DNA from: Heterodontus francisci
Taxonomy: Eukaryota
Assembly: GCF_036365525.1 (NCBI RefSeq)
Contig: NC_090387.1
Span: 89,941,691 to 90,005,690, forward strand
DNA: 64,000 nt
Reading direction: 5' to 3'
Positions 14,340 through 27,279 of this stretch are shown here, in pieces. Numbering within the stretch: position 1 is the first letter of the stretch; every line of letters starts with the position of its first letter. A program made the translations under genes and the position numbers. The notes under the pieces were generated by a model that was given only the letters and a program-made list of their open reading frames with translations, was not told the DNA's origin and made no database searches.

Positions 14340-15269
14340 ATGGCAGGAGATCTCAGACCCGTGACATGCTCCTCTTGCTCAATGTGGGAGCTCAGGGACA
14401 TGGCTGATGTCCCTGACTCCTTCACGTGCAGGAAGTGTGTCCAGCTGCAGCTCTTGTTAGACCGCATGACGGCTCTGGAGCTGCGGATGGACTCACTTTG
14501 GAGCATCCGCGATGCTGAGGAGGTCGTGGATAGCACGTTTAGCGAATTGGTCACACCGCAGATTAGGATTGCTGAGGCAGAAAGGCAGAGAAAGAGCAGG
14601 AAGGCAGCGCAGGTGTCCCCTGCGGTCATCTCCCTCCACAACAGGTATACCGTTTTGGATACTGTTGAGGGAGATGGCTCACCAGGGGAAGGCAGCAGTA
14701 GTCAGGTTCATGGCACTGTGGCTGGCTCTGCTGTTCAGAAGGGCGGGAAAAAGAGTGGAAGGGCTATAGTCATAGGGGATTCGATTGTAAGGGGAGTAGA
14801 TAGGCGGTTCTGTGGTCGAAAATGAGACTCCCGAATGGTATGTTGCCTCCCAGGTGCACGGGTCAGGGATGTCTCAGATCGGCTGCAGAACATTCTGAAG
14901 GGGGAGGGTGAACAACCAGTTGTCGTTGTGCACATAGGCACCAATGATATAGGTAAAAAACGGGATGAGGTCCTACAAGCAGAATTTAGGGAGTTAGGAG
15001 CCAAGTTAAAAAGTAGGACCTCAGAGGTAGTAATCTCAGGATTGCTACCAGTGCCACGTGATAGTCAGAGTAGAAATGAAAGAATAGTCAGGATGAATGC
15101 GTGGCTTGAGAGATGGTGCAGGAGGGAGGGGTTCAGATTTTTGGGACATTGGGACCGGTTCTGGGGGAGGTGGGACTATTACAAATTGGACGGTCTACAC
15201 CTGGGCCGGACTGGAACCAATGTCCTTGGGAGTGCTTTTGCTAACGCTGTTGGGGAGTGTTTAAACTAA
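14340..15269 (+). pseudogene. CR1 ORF1p (CxxC...CxxC zinc finger, coiled coil, SGNH/GDSL esterase domain), one in-frame TGA at 14823-14825
   Basis: CSSC...CRKC, IVIGDSIVR, HIGTND and DGLHL motifs in ORFs 14340-14825 and 14835-15269, same frame. Confidence 0.92.
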
Positions 15270-18050
15270 TGTGGCAGGGGGATGGGAACCAAATGAGGTC
15301 AGTGGAGAGTAAGGAGGTAGTACCTAAAGCCTGGAAGGAACTAGATAATGAAGTCAGCGTGACTAAAGGAAAGAGTAGGCAGGGAGCAGATGATGAAAGC
15401 AAAGGGACTGGTGGTCTGAGGTGTATTTGTTTTAATGCAAGAAGTGTAGTGGGTAAGGCAGATGAACTTAGGGCTTGGATTAGTACCTGGGAGTATGATG
15501 TTATTGCTATTACTGAGACTTGGTTAAGGGAAGGGCATGATTGGCAACTAAATATCCCAGGATACCGATGCTTCAGGCGGGATAGAGAGGGAGGTAAAAG
15601 GGGTGGAGGAGTTGCATTACTGGTCAAAGAGGATATCACAGCTGTGCTGAAGGAAGGCACTATGGAGAACTCGAGCTGTGAGGCAATATGGGCAGAACTC
15701 AGAAATAGGAAGGGTGCGGTAATAATGTTGGGGCTGTACTACAGGCCTCCCAACAGCGAGCGTGAGATAGAGGTACAAATATGTAAACAGATTATGGAAA
15801 GATGTAGGAGCAACAGGGTGGTGGTGATAGGAGATTTTAATTTTCCCAACATTGACTGGGATTCACTTAGGGTTAGAGGTCGAGATGGAGCAGAATTTGT
15901 AAGGAACATCCAGGAGGGTTTTCTCGAGCAGTATGTAAATAGTCCAACTCGGGAAGGGGCCATACTGGACCTGCTGTTGGGGAATGAGCCGGGCCAGGTG
16001 GTTGAAGTTTCAGTAGGGGACTACTTTGGGAATAGTGATCACAATTCCGTAAGTTTTAGAATACTCATGGACAAAGACGAGAGTGGTCCTAAAGGAAGAG
16101 TGCTAAATCGGGGGAAGGCCAACTATACCAAAATTCGGCAGGAGCTGGGGAATGTAGATTGGGAGCAGCTGTTTGAAGGTAAATCCACATTCGATGTGTG
16201 GGAGGCTTTTAAAGAGAGGTTGATTAGTGTTCCTGTGAAAATGAGGGGTAGAAATGGCAAGATTAGGGAACCATGGATGACAGGTGAAATTGTGAGACTT
16301 GCTAAGAGGAAAAAAGGAAGCATACATAAGGTCTAGGTGGCTGAAGAAAGACAAAGCTTTGAAAGAATATTGGGATTGTCGGCGCAATCTGAAACGAGGA
16401 ATTAAGAGGGCTAAAAGGGGTCATGAAATATCTTTAGCAAACAGGGTTAAGGAAAATACCAAAGCCTTTTATTCATATATAAGGAGCAAGAGGGTAACTG
16501 GAGAAAGGATTGGCACACTCAAGGACAAAGGAGGAAAGTTATGCGTGGAGTCAGAGAAAATGGGTGAGATTCTAAACGAGTACTTTGCATCGGTATTCAC
16601 CGAGGAGAGGGACATGACGGATGTTGAGGTTAGGGACAGATGTTTGATTACTCTAGGTCAAGTCGGCATAAGGAGGGAGGAAGTGTTGGGTATTCTAAAA
16701 GGCATTAAGGTGGACAAGTCCCCAGGTCCGGATGGGATCTATCCCAGGTTTATGAGGGAAGCGAGAGAGGAAATAGCTGGGGCCTTAACAGATATCTTTG
16801 CAACATCCTTAAACACGGGTGAGGTCCCGGAGGACTGGAGAATTGCTAATGTTGTCCCCTTGTTTAAGAAGGGTAGCAGGGATAATCCAGGTAATTATAG
16901 ACCGGTGAGCCTGACGTTAGTGGTAGGGAAGCTGCTGGAGAAGATACTGAGGGATAGGATCTATTCCCATTTGGAAGAAAATGGGCTTATCAGTGATAGG
17001 CAACATGGTTTAGTGCAGGGAAGGTCATGTCTTACCAACTTAATAGAATTCTTTGAGGAAGTGACAAAGTTGATTGATGAGGGAAGGGCTGTAGATGTCG
17101 TATACATGGACTTCAGTAAGGCATTTGATAAGGTTCCCCATGGTAGGCTGATGGAGAAAGTGAAGGCGCATGGGGTCCAAGGTGTACTCGCTAGATGGAT
17201 AAAGAACTGGCTGGGCAACAGGCGACAGAGAGTAGCAGTGGAAGAGAGTTTCTCAAAATGGAGACGTGTGACCAGTGGTGTTCCACAGGGATCCGTGCTG
17301 GGACCACTGTGGTTTGTGATATACATAAATGATTTGGAGGAAAGTATAGGTGGTCTGATTAGCAAGTTTGCAGACGACACTAAGATTGGTGGAGTAGCAG
17401 ATAGTGAAGGGGACTGTCAGAGAATACAGCAGAATATAGATAGACTGGAGAGTTGGGCAGAGAAATGGCAGATGGAGTTCAATCAGGGCAAATGCGAGGT
17501 GATGCATTTTGGAAGATCCAATTCAAGAGTGAACTATACAGTAAATGGAAAAGTCCTGGGGAAAATTGATGAACAGAGAGATTTGGGTGTTCAGGTCCAT
17601 TGTTCCCTGAAGGTGGCAACGCAGGTCAATAGAGTGGTCAAGAAGGCATATGGCATGCTTTCCTTCATCGGATGGAGTATTGAGTACAGGAGTTGGCAGG
17701 TCATGTTACAGTTGTATAGGACTTTGGTTCGGCCACATTTGGAATACTGCGTGCAGTTCTGGTCGCCACATTACCAAAAGGATGTGGATGCTTTGGAGAG
17801 GGTGCAGAGGAGGTTCACCAGGATGTTGCCTGGTATGGAGGGCGCTAGCTATGAAGAGAGGTTGAGTAGATTAGGATTATTTTCATTCGAAAGACAGAGG
17901 TTGAGGGGGGACCTGATTGAGGTGTACAAAATCATGAGAGGTATAGACAGGGTGGATAGCAAGAAGTTTTTTCCCAGAGTGGGGGATTCAATTACAAGGG
18001 GACACGAGTTCAAAGTGAAAGGGGAAAGGTTTAGGGGGGATCTGCGTTGA
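15257..18050 (+). pseudogene. CR1 ORF2p (APE endonuclease + reverse transcriptase), frameshift in an A-run near 16310, premature stop at 18048-18050
   Basis: FNARS, ITETW, YRPP, GDFN, SDH; RT motifs QGSVLGP and FADD. Confidence 0.93.
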
Positions 18051-18280
18051 AAGTTCTTTACGCAGATGGTGGTGGGTGCATGGAACGCATTGCCAGCGGG
18101 CACGATAGCGTCTTTTAAGATGTATCTAGACAGACACATGAATGGGCAGGAAGTAAAGAGATACAGACCCTTTCGAAAATAGGCGACAGGTTTAGATAGA
18201 GGATTTGGATCGGCGTCGGCTTGGAGGGCCGAAGGGCCTGTTCCTGTGCTGTAATTTTCTTTGTTCTTTGTTCTTTGTTC

Positions 18281-19460
18281 ACCAGGGAGTGAGATTGTCT
18301 CCTTGTTCACCAGGGAGTGAGATTGTATACGAGTTCACCAGGAGTAAGATTGGATACATGTTTGCCAGGCAGTGAGATTGTATTCTTGTTCAGAAGATGG
18401 TGAGATTGTATACTAGTTCTCCAGGGGGTGAGATTGCATACCAATGCGCCAGGGAGTGAGATTGTATTCTAGTTCGTCAGGGCGTGAGATTGTATGTTAG
18501 TTTATCAGGGAGTGAGATTGTATACTAGTTCGGCAGTGGGTGAGATTGCATACAAGTTTGCCAGGGGGTGAGATTGTATGTTAGTTTATCAGGGAGTGAG
18601 ATTGTATACTAGTTCGCCTGGGAGTGCGAGTGTATTCTAGTTCTTCAGCGAGTGAGAGTGTATACTCGTTTGCCGGAGAGTGAGTGTATACTAGTTCGTC
18701 AGGAGTGAGATCGTATCATATTTCGCCCAGGGGCAAGATTGTACACCAGTTAGCGAGGGATTGATATTGTATATTTTTCACTAGGGAGTGAGATTGTATA
18801 CTAGTTCACCAGAGGGTGAGATTGTATACTAGTTCACCAGGGAGTGAGATTGCATACTAGTTCACCAGGTGTGAAATTGTATCGCAGTTCACCAGGGAAT
18901 AAGATTGTATACTCGGTCACCAGAGGGTGAGAGTGTATACTAATTTGCCAGGGAATGAGATTGTATCTTGTTCACCAGGGGGTCAGATTGTATACAGGTT
19001 TGCCAGGGAGTGAGATTGTATACTACTACACCAGGGAGTGAGATTGCATACTAGTTCACCAGGTGTAAAATGGTATAGTTCACCATATTGTGATGAGATT
19101 GTATACATGTTCTGCAAGGCAGAGATTGAATCTTAGTTCAACAGGGAGTGTGATTGTATCCTTGTTCACCAGGGGCTGAGATGGTATATTAGTTCGCCAG
19201 GGATTGAGATTGTATTCTAGTTCACCAGGGGCTGAGATGGTATATCATTCATGAGGGGGTGAGATTGTATATATGTTCGTCAGGAACTGAATTTGTATAC
19301 TAGTACACCTGGGAGATTGCATACTGGTTCACCAGGGGTGTGATTGTATCATAGTTCACCAGGGAATGAGGCTGCATATTAGTTCGCCAGGGACTGAAAC
19401 TGTATTCTGGTTTACCAGGGGTGTGAATGTATACTGGTTTTCACCAGGGAGTGAGATTGT
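18281..19460. repeat. 28-bp satellite array, block 3 (paralogous to ~5610-7828)
   Basis: Same monomer; shares rare variants with 5610-6030 and 7550-7828. Confidence 0.95.
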
Positions 19461-21300
19461 GAGTGAGGGAGAATCCCAAGGCTTTTTATACGTATATAAA
19501 GGACAAGAGAGTAACCAGGGAAAAGGTTGGCCCACTCAAGGACAGAGGAGGGAATCTATGCGTGGCACCAGAGGAAATGGGCGAGGTACTAAATGAGTAC
19601 TTTGCATCAGTATTCACCAAAGAGAAGGACTTGGTGGATGATGAGTCTAGGGAAGGGAGTGTAGATAGTCTGGGTCATGTTGTTATCAAAAAGGAGGAGG
19701 TGTTGGGTGTCTTGCAAAGCACTAAGGTAGATAAGTCCCCAGGGCCTGATGGGATCTACCCCAGAATACTGAGGGAGGCAAGGGAAGAAATTGCTGGGGT
19801 ATTGACTGAAATCTTTGTATCCTCATTGGCGACAGGTGAGGTCCCAGAGGACTGGAGAATAGCCAATGTTGGTCCTTTGTTTAAGAAGGGTAGCAAGGAT
19901 AATCCAGAAAATTATAGGCCAGTGAGCCTTACGTCAGTGGTAGGGAAATTATTAGAGAGGATTCTTCGGGACAGGATTTACTCCCATTTGGAAACAAATG
20001 AACTTATTAGCGAGAGGCAGCATGGTTTTGTGAAGAGGAGGTCGTGTTTCACTAACTTGATCGAGTTTTTTGAGGAAGTGGCGAAAATGATTAATGAAGA
20101 AAGGGCAGTGGATGTTGTCTATATGGACTTCAGTAAAGCCTTTGACATGGTCCCTCATGGCAGACTGGTACAAAAGGTGAAGTCACACGGGATCAGAGGT
20201 GAGCTGGCAAGATGGATACAGAACTGGCTCTGTCATAGAAGACAGACGGTAGCAGTGGAAGGGTGTTTTTCTGAATGGAGGGGTGTGACTAGTGGTGTTC
20301 CGCAGGGATCAGTGCTGGGACCTTTGCTGTTTGTAGTATATATAAATGATTTGGAGGAAAATGTAGCCGGTCTGATTAATAAGTTTGTGAATGGCACAAA
20401 GGTTGGTGGAGTTGCGGATAGTGATGAGGATTGTCAGAGGATACAGCAGGATATAGATTGGTTGGAGACTTGGGTGGAGAAATGGCAGATGGAGTTTAAT
20501 CCGGAGAAATGTGAGGTAATGCATTTTGGAAGATCTAATACAGGTGGGAAGTATCCAGTAAATGGCAGAACCATTAGGAGTATTGACAGGCAGAGAGATC
20601 TGGGTGTACAGGTCCACAGGTCACTGAAAGTGGCAACGCAGGTGGATAAGGTACTCAAGAAGGCATACGGCATGCTTGCCTTCATTGGTCGGGGCATAGA
20701 GTATAAAAATTGGCAAGTCATGCTGCAGCTGTGCAGAACCTTAGTTAGGCCACACTTAGAATATTGCGTGCAATTCTGGTCGCCACGCTACCAGAAGGAT
20801 GTGGAGGCTTTGGAGAGGGTACAGAAGAGGTTTACCAGGATGTTGCCTGGTCTGGAGGGCATTAGCTATGAGGAGAGGTTGGATAAACTCGGGTTGTTTT
20901 CATTGGAACGACGGAGGTGGAGGGGTGACCTGATAGAGGTTTACAAAGTTATGAGTGGCATGGACAGAGTGGATAGACAGAAGCTTTTTCACAGGGTGGA
21001 AGAGTCAGTTACTAGGGGACATAGGTTTAAGGTGCGAGGGGCAAAATTTAGAGGGGATGTGCGAGGCAAGTTCTTTACACAGAGGGTGGTGAGTGCTTGG
21101 AACTTGCTGCTGGGGGAGGTGGTGGAAGCAGGTACGATAGCGTCGTTTAAGTGGCATCTTGACAAATACATGAATAGGATGGGAATAGAGGGATAGGGTC
21201 CCAGAAGTGCATAAGGTTTTAGTTTAGACAGGCATCAAGATCAGCGCAGACTTGGAGGCCCGAATGGCCTGTTCCTGTGCTGTACTGTTCTTTGTTCTTT
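19461..21300 (+). mobile_element. 5'-truncated CR1 LINE (copy B), duplicate of copy A
   Basis: 577-aa open frame 19463-21196 but catalytic FADD reads FVNG; same 5' truncation point and flanks as copy A. Confidence 0.96.
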
Positions 21301-22098
21301 GTATACCTGTTTGCTAGGGAGTGATATTGTATGCTAGTTCGTCAGGGAGTGAGACTGTATACTAGTTTATCAGGGGTGAGACTGTATACTAGTTCACCTG
21401 GGAGTGAGATTGTATTTTATTCACCAGGGCGTGAGATTGTATACAGGTTCGCCAAGGAGTGAGATTGCATACTAGTTCACCAGAGGGTGAGTTCGTATCC
21501 TAGTTCGCCAGGGAATTATATTGTATATTGTTGACCTGGGAGTGAGATTGTATACTAGTTCACCAGGGAATGAGTTAGTATACTAATGCACCAGGGAGTG
21601 AGATTGTATACTAGTTGACCGGGGGTGAGTTTGTATACTAGTTCTCCAGGGAATGAGATTGTACACCAGTTCGCCAGGAAGTGAGATTGTATATTAGTTG
21701 ACCAGGGGTGAGATGGTATACTAGTTTATCAGGGAATGAGATTATACACTCGTTCATCATTGGTGAGATTGTATACTAATGTATCAGGGAATGAGGTTGT
21801 ACACTCGTTCATCATGGGTGAGATTGTATCTTAGTTCAGCAGGGAGTGAGACTACATACTAGTTTTCCATGGAGTGAGTTTGTATTCTGGTTCACCAGGG
21901 GGTGAGATTGCTTCCTAGTTCACCAGGGAGTGAGCTTGTACACTCGGAGGTGAGATTCTATAATAGTTTACCAACAAGTGAGATAGTTTACTAGTTTGCC
22001 AGGGTTTGAGACTGTATACATGTTTGCCAAGGGTGAGATTGTATACTGCTTACCAGGGGTGAGATTACCTGCTAGTTTACCAGGGGTGAGATTGTATA

Positions 22099-22210
22099 CT
22101 GGCAGCATCTGTGGAAAGAGAAGCAGACCTGCCAGACCTGCTGAGTGGTTCCAGCATTTCTTGTTTTTATTACAGATTTCCAGCATCCGCAGTATTTTGC
22201 TTTTATTTTT
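22099..22210. mobile_element. Penelope-like short repeat fragment (inverted plus direct pLTR pieces)
   Basis: ctggcagcatctgtgga... followed by ...ccagacctgctgagt...cagatttccagcatccgcagtattttgctttt; same family as 43661-43795. Confidence 0.7.
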
Positions 22211-23456
22211 GTGAGTTTGTATACTAGTTCGCCAGGGAGTGAGATTGCATACTAATTCACCAAGAGGTAAGATTGTATATAAATTCGCCGAGGTGTCAGA
22301 TTGTTTACTACTTTACCAGGGGTGAGATTGTACACCAGTATACCAGAGAGTGAGATGGTCTACTAGTTTTCCAGGGATGATGTTGTACACTAGTTTACCA
22401 GTGGTGAGATTGACCACTAGTTTACCAGGGGTGAGATTGTATACAAGTTCGCCAGGGGGTGAGATTGTATACTAGTTCACCAGAGGTTCAGATTGCATAC
22501 TAGTTTGCCTGGGGTGCGATTGTATACCAATTGTCCGGAGGTGATATTGTATACTAGTTCACCGGGGGTGAGATTGTTTACTAGTTCACCGGGGGTGAGA
22601 TTGTATACTAGTTGACCAGGGGTGAGATTGTATACTAGTTGACCAGGGGTGAGATTGTTTACTAGTTCACCAGGGGTGAGATTCTATATATGTTCTGCAA
22701 GGCAGAGATTGAATCTTAGTTCAACAGGGAGTGTGATTGTATCCTTGTTCACCAGGGGCTGAGATGGTATTCCAGTTCACCAGGAATTGAGATTGTATTC
22801 TAGTTTGCCAGGGAGTGAGATTGTATATTATTCACCAGTGGGGTGCGATTGTATACAAATGCGCCAGGGAGTGAGATTGTATATTGTTCAGCAGGGAGTG
22901 AGATGGTATATAATTCATGAGGGGATGAGATTGTATACATGTTCGCCAGGCAATGAGGTTATATATTGTTCACCAGAGGGTGAGTTTGTATACTGGTTCG
23001 CCAGGGAGGGAGATTGTATACAAGATAACCAGGGGATGAGATTGTCTACTAGTTTTTCAGTGGATGAGTTTTTTACTAATTCACCAGGGAGTCAGACTTC
23101 ATACTAGCTCTCCAGGGATTGAGATTGTATACTAGTTCACCGGGGGTCAGATTGTATATTGTTCAGCAAGGGTGAGATTGTATACAAGTTCGCCTGGGAA
23201 TACGATGCACATTGTTCGCCAAGGAGTGGGATTGAATACTAGTTTGTCAGGGGGTGAGATTGTATACATGTTCACCAAGGGTCAGATTGTGTCCTAATTC
23301 ACCAGGAAGTGAGATCGTATACTAGTTTGCTGGGCAGTTTGATTGCATCTTAGTTCGCCTGGGGGTGAGTTTGTATACTAGTACACCTAGGAGTGAGATT
23401 GTTTTGTAGTTCACCAGGGAATGAGACTGCATATTAGTTCACCAGGGAGTGATATT

Positions 23457-23734
23457 AGAGTCATACAGCATTGAAACAATCCCTTCAGCACACCGAGTCT
23501 GTGTTGACCATCAACCACCCATTTATACTAATCCTACATTAATCCCATATTCCCTACCTACACTAAGGGCAATTTACAATGGGCAATTTACCTATTAACC
23601 TGCAAGTCTTTGGGAGGAAACCGGAAAACCCACGCAGACGCAGGGAGAACTTGCAAACTCCACTCAGGCAGTACCCAGAACTGAACCTGGGTCGCTGGAG
23701 TTGTGAGGCTGCGGTGCTAACCACTGTGCCGCCC
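23457..23734 (-). mobile_element. HE1-type V-SINE (tRNA-derived head, V domain, CR1-derived tail)
   Basis: Minus strand begins GGGCGGCACAGTGGTTAGCACCGC...GGTTC; V-domain GGAGTTTGCAAGTTCTCCC; paralogue at 35671-36017. Confidence 0.85.
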
Positions 23735-24649
23735 TAATTGTATACAAGTTTGCCAGGGAGTGCATTTGTATACCAGTTCACCAGTGGGTCAGTTTGTATA
23801 CTAGTTCGCCAGGGAGTGAGATTGTATATTATTCACCAGGGAGTGAGATTCTATATTATTCACCAGGGAGTGAGATTGTATACTGTTCACCAGGGATGAG
23901 ATCGTATATCGCTCGTCAAGGAGTGAGATTGTATACTCGTTCGCCAAGGTTTGAGAGTGCATACTAGTTTGTCAGGCAGTGAGATTGTATACTAGTTCAT
24001 CAAGGAATGACATTGTGTACTAATTTGCCAGAGAGTGAGATTGTATCCTAGTTCGCCACAGAGTGAGATTGTATCCTAGTTCACCAGGGAGTGAGACTGC
24101 ATATTAGTTCATCAGGGAGCGAGTTAGTATACGAATGCACCAGGGATTGAGATTGTATATTAGTTGACCAGGGGGTGAGTTTGTATACCAGTTCTCCAGG
24201 GAATGAGATTGTACACCAGTTTGCCAGGGAGCGTGATTGTATACTAGTTCACCTAGGGGTGAGACTGCCTACTAGTTCACTAGGGAGTGAGATTGTATAC
24301 CAGTTCGCCAGGGGATTAGATTGTATACTAGTTCACCTGGGGTTGAAACTGCATACTTAGTTCACTCGGGGTGAGATTGTATACTTGTTCACCAGTGGGT
24401 GAATTTTTTACTAGTTCACCAGGGAGTGAGATTGCATACTAGTGCACCAGGGATTGAGATTGTATACGAGTTCACCAGGGGGTGAGATTTTATACTAGTT
24501 CACCAGGAGTGAGATTGCATACCAGTTCACCAGGGGTGAGATTGCATACCAGTTCACCAGGAGTGAGATTGCATACCAGTTCACCAGGGGTGAGATTGCA
24601 GACGAATTCACCAGGGGATGAGATTGTGTACTAGGTCATCAGAGACTAG

Positions 24650-24850
24650 ACTTCAGGAAAGCATCTGATAAAATCCCTCATAACAGACTTTTGGCTAAAG
24701 TTGAAGCTCATGGAATTGAAGGTAATATATTGACCTGGTTCTGAAATTGACTGTGCAGCAGGAAACAGCTTCGGGATCATGTGCAGATACTCTAATTGGC
24801 AGTATGGGGCTAGTGGTATCCCACAAGTACGTGTGTTGGGGCTTCAATTA
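24650..24850 (+). mobile_element. Old CR1 RT fragment
   Basis: Encodes DFRKASDKIPH..LLAKVEAHGIEG and a GIPQ..VLG-like segment. Confidence 0.7.
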
Positions 24851-25646
24851 TTTACCAGGGAGTTAGATTCTATATTATTCACCAGGGAGTGAGATTGTAT
24901 ACTCGTTCACCAGGGAGTGAGATTGTATATTGTTCACCAGGGATAGGCACAAACATGTTGCACCACTAACATGTGACAAAATTATTGACACTGCCACAGA
25001 CATGGAGGCAATTAATCTGCATATAAAGTGTGTAACCTGACAATATTGAAAATGTGGGTCCCTTTAATTAAACAGGACTCATTTCAGTGTTAATAGGGAG
25101 CAGGTGATGCTCATTATGGTTTTGCATTTCAGGGCTGGGTTTTTGCCCAGTTTTGGGGGGAATTACCTCTGGACAGAGAGTTAGTTCAGAAGGGAAGAGT
25201 GGGAACTGATATTTGGACTGAACTATGAATTGTCAATAAAACAGTTATGGATCAGAGACTGTCATTGGCTTCCTCATGTTGGTGAATGGATATCTGCCTG
25301 TTTAACATAGCCAACCTAATGCCATCAAAGCACAGTCCGATTTAAAACAATTTCTCCCTGTAAGTAAAGGAGCTAAGCATACAAACATCAATGGACACCA
25401 GCACTATTGTATTAGCTAGCTAGCAAGCAAAACAGTATGCAATGCCAATGTGAATTACCTTTATTGACAGAATAGAGCTCGCTAAACCATGTGTTTACAT
25501 TTCATTAGCATGTAGCCAACCAGGACCGAGTTCGATACCCCGATGATCCCAATTCTTTCTAATTAATTTCACTCCTGGTAATTTTAAATGCTTGCTCCAA
25601 GCTTTTCAACATGTGTTTGAAAATAACCCAGCCGCCAGGCTTGGAT

Positions 25647-26080
25647 CAGGGGTATCCACCTAGTCGCGTTAGGGGCCACATTACAATTTTTGTCCTACAT
25701 GGGGGCCAGTGAGCAAATTTCAGAAAGATAAAGGCATTAGAAATTTATCTTACTATTAATCCAAACAACAAAAAAGTACATTTTTATGAACAAGTTTTAA
25801 ATGAGAAGACTAATTTATTAGCTTTTTGTTACAATGTTGAACACTGATTTAGTGAGATACCTGGCATTGTTCTTCCCAGCTATGTCTGCCCGCACACTTG
25901 ATATTGTAATGCAGAGTATATAGATGCCCATCTGTCAAGAATGATCTGGATCTTGTTTTGACACTTTTTATTCTTGACAAAAGCTGTTCACAGCAATATG
26001 TGCTGCTAAACAGTACGATGAATCAAAGGACATGTTTTGATAGATTTGGATAAGACACTGAGGCAACACATTGATTAAAG
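25647..26080 (-). mobile_element. hAT (Charlie/SPIN-like) DNA transposon 3' end
   Basis: CAGGGGT terminus at 25647; minus strand ~25925-26020 encodes LFSSTYCCEQLLSRIKSVKTRSRSFLTDGHL, like the hAT dimerisation domain. Confidence 0.72.
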
Positions 26081-26099
26081 TTACATGAACAGTACCGTC

Positions 26100-26480
26100 A
26101 AGCTATCGTAAACAAGGTTCTAGGTTATATCACAGGACAATTCACAACTAAACAAAGCATACCATTTTGTCCTTGTATAAGACCTTGATTAGAATACAGC
26201 ATTCAATTCTGGTCTCCTCACATGTTGAGGGATATTGAAGGTATTGGAGAGGGGCAGAGGAAGTATATATTATTGATACCTAGTTTAAAACATTACAGTT
26301 ATCCAGAAATGCTCAAAGAAATGGGGCTGTATACTTATGGCAGAGCTAGGTTGGATGTTAGGCAGTTCTTCTTTTCCCACATATTAGTGAATATGTGGAA
26401 CCAGTTGCCAGCTCTTGCAGTAAATGATGATGCACTGTAGTCCTGCAAGAGAGAGCTGGGCTTGTGTCTGGGGTGGAGAT
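26100..26480 (+). mobile_element. Highly decayed CR1 3' fragment
   Basis: LYKTLIR..QFWSP and FFSH..VNMWNQLP remnants. Confidence 0.6.
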
Positions 26481-27279
26481 CACCATCTACTGGAGGTAGG
26501 TACCCTGTAATATAAATCAGGGCTAATGTGATCTCTGTGACTAGTTTCAATCACCTAAAGGGGTCAAGAAGAACAGTCCAAATCTTTTCTTCACTTAATT
26601 GGCCTGGATTTTGACATCTCCCAGGTTACATGGCTCTGGGTGGGGAGGGAGTATAATGCGTAATACATCACAAGTAGATGGACAGTCTTTTCCTGTCTGT
26701 CATTTGCATATGTTTGTATGTATGAAAATCTAGTCTGGAGTTAGACAGAGACCTGCAGAGATTAGTGGTTCCTTCCTTTTATACATTAATATTAATCCCA
26801 TGAATTACATCCAGTTGCAGGTACTCATGTGTGTCGATGATATGGCTCACCTGATATGAATTCTTGATTTAATTAGGAAATTGGCATTGTATCTTTAGAA
26901 ACAGCAGCAGATGATGACTATTGTTTGATGATAAATACCCATTTTCTATTTCAATAATTATTTTAAAATATGATTTTCATGGTAAATAAATAAAATTTCA
27001 TGTTCAAATATTGGGAAAAGCATTTAGATTATTGATGTTATTAAAAGCATATATAATTGTTTAAATTTTGATTCAAATCACACTTCAACGCTGTCCCAAA
27101 TATATTAAATATTTTACCTCTGAGCATTTGTGAACAAATTAGAAGTTTTTAAATAAAGTTATGTTATTATTTTACTTTTCCAGAAGATCCTTTAAAATTA
27201 TGGATTCTATATAGCCACAGGGCCATGTGTTATCTGTTATTACAATTGTAATAATTCTTTGATTATGACACATTGTTTG

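Larger units (their letters stand above)
13955..18280 (+). mobile_element. Near full-length CR1 LINE (5' UTR, ORF1, ORF2 APE-RT, (TTCTTTG)n tail)
   Basis: ORF1 and ORF2 in canonical order with few lesions; tail ttctttgttctttgttctttgttc at ~18257-18280. Confidence 0.97.
21301..24945. repeat. 28-bp satellite array, block 4 (array edge; interrupted by small elements)
   Basis: Same monomer; last copies at ~24851-24945. Confidence 0.94.

Noticed and set aside
8320-18310. Antisense ORFs overlapping CR1 ORF2 (e.g. 10378-10815, 16961-17380; also 62165-62584)
   Set aside because: Recurring shadow frames of CR1 RT codon usage, not independent genes.
19463-21196. 577-aa RT ORF as an active or domesticated gene
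   Set aside because: 5'-truncated, no ATG/promoter context, catalytic FADD mutated to FVNG; its duplicate is frameshifted.
23660-23734. tRNA gene (also ~35950-36017 and ~59400-59467)
   Set aside because: These are the tRNA-derived heads of SINEs, continuous with SINE bodies and tails.
1-24945. CRISPR array (28-bp partly palindromic repeats)
   Set aside because: Monomers are head-to-tail with no unique spacers, there are no cas genes, and the context is vertebrate LINE/SINE DNA.
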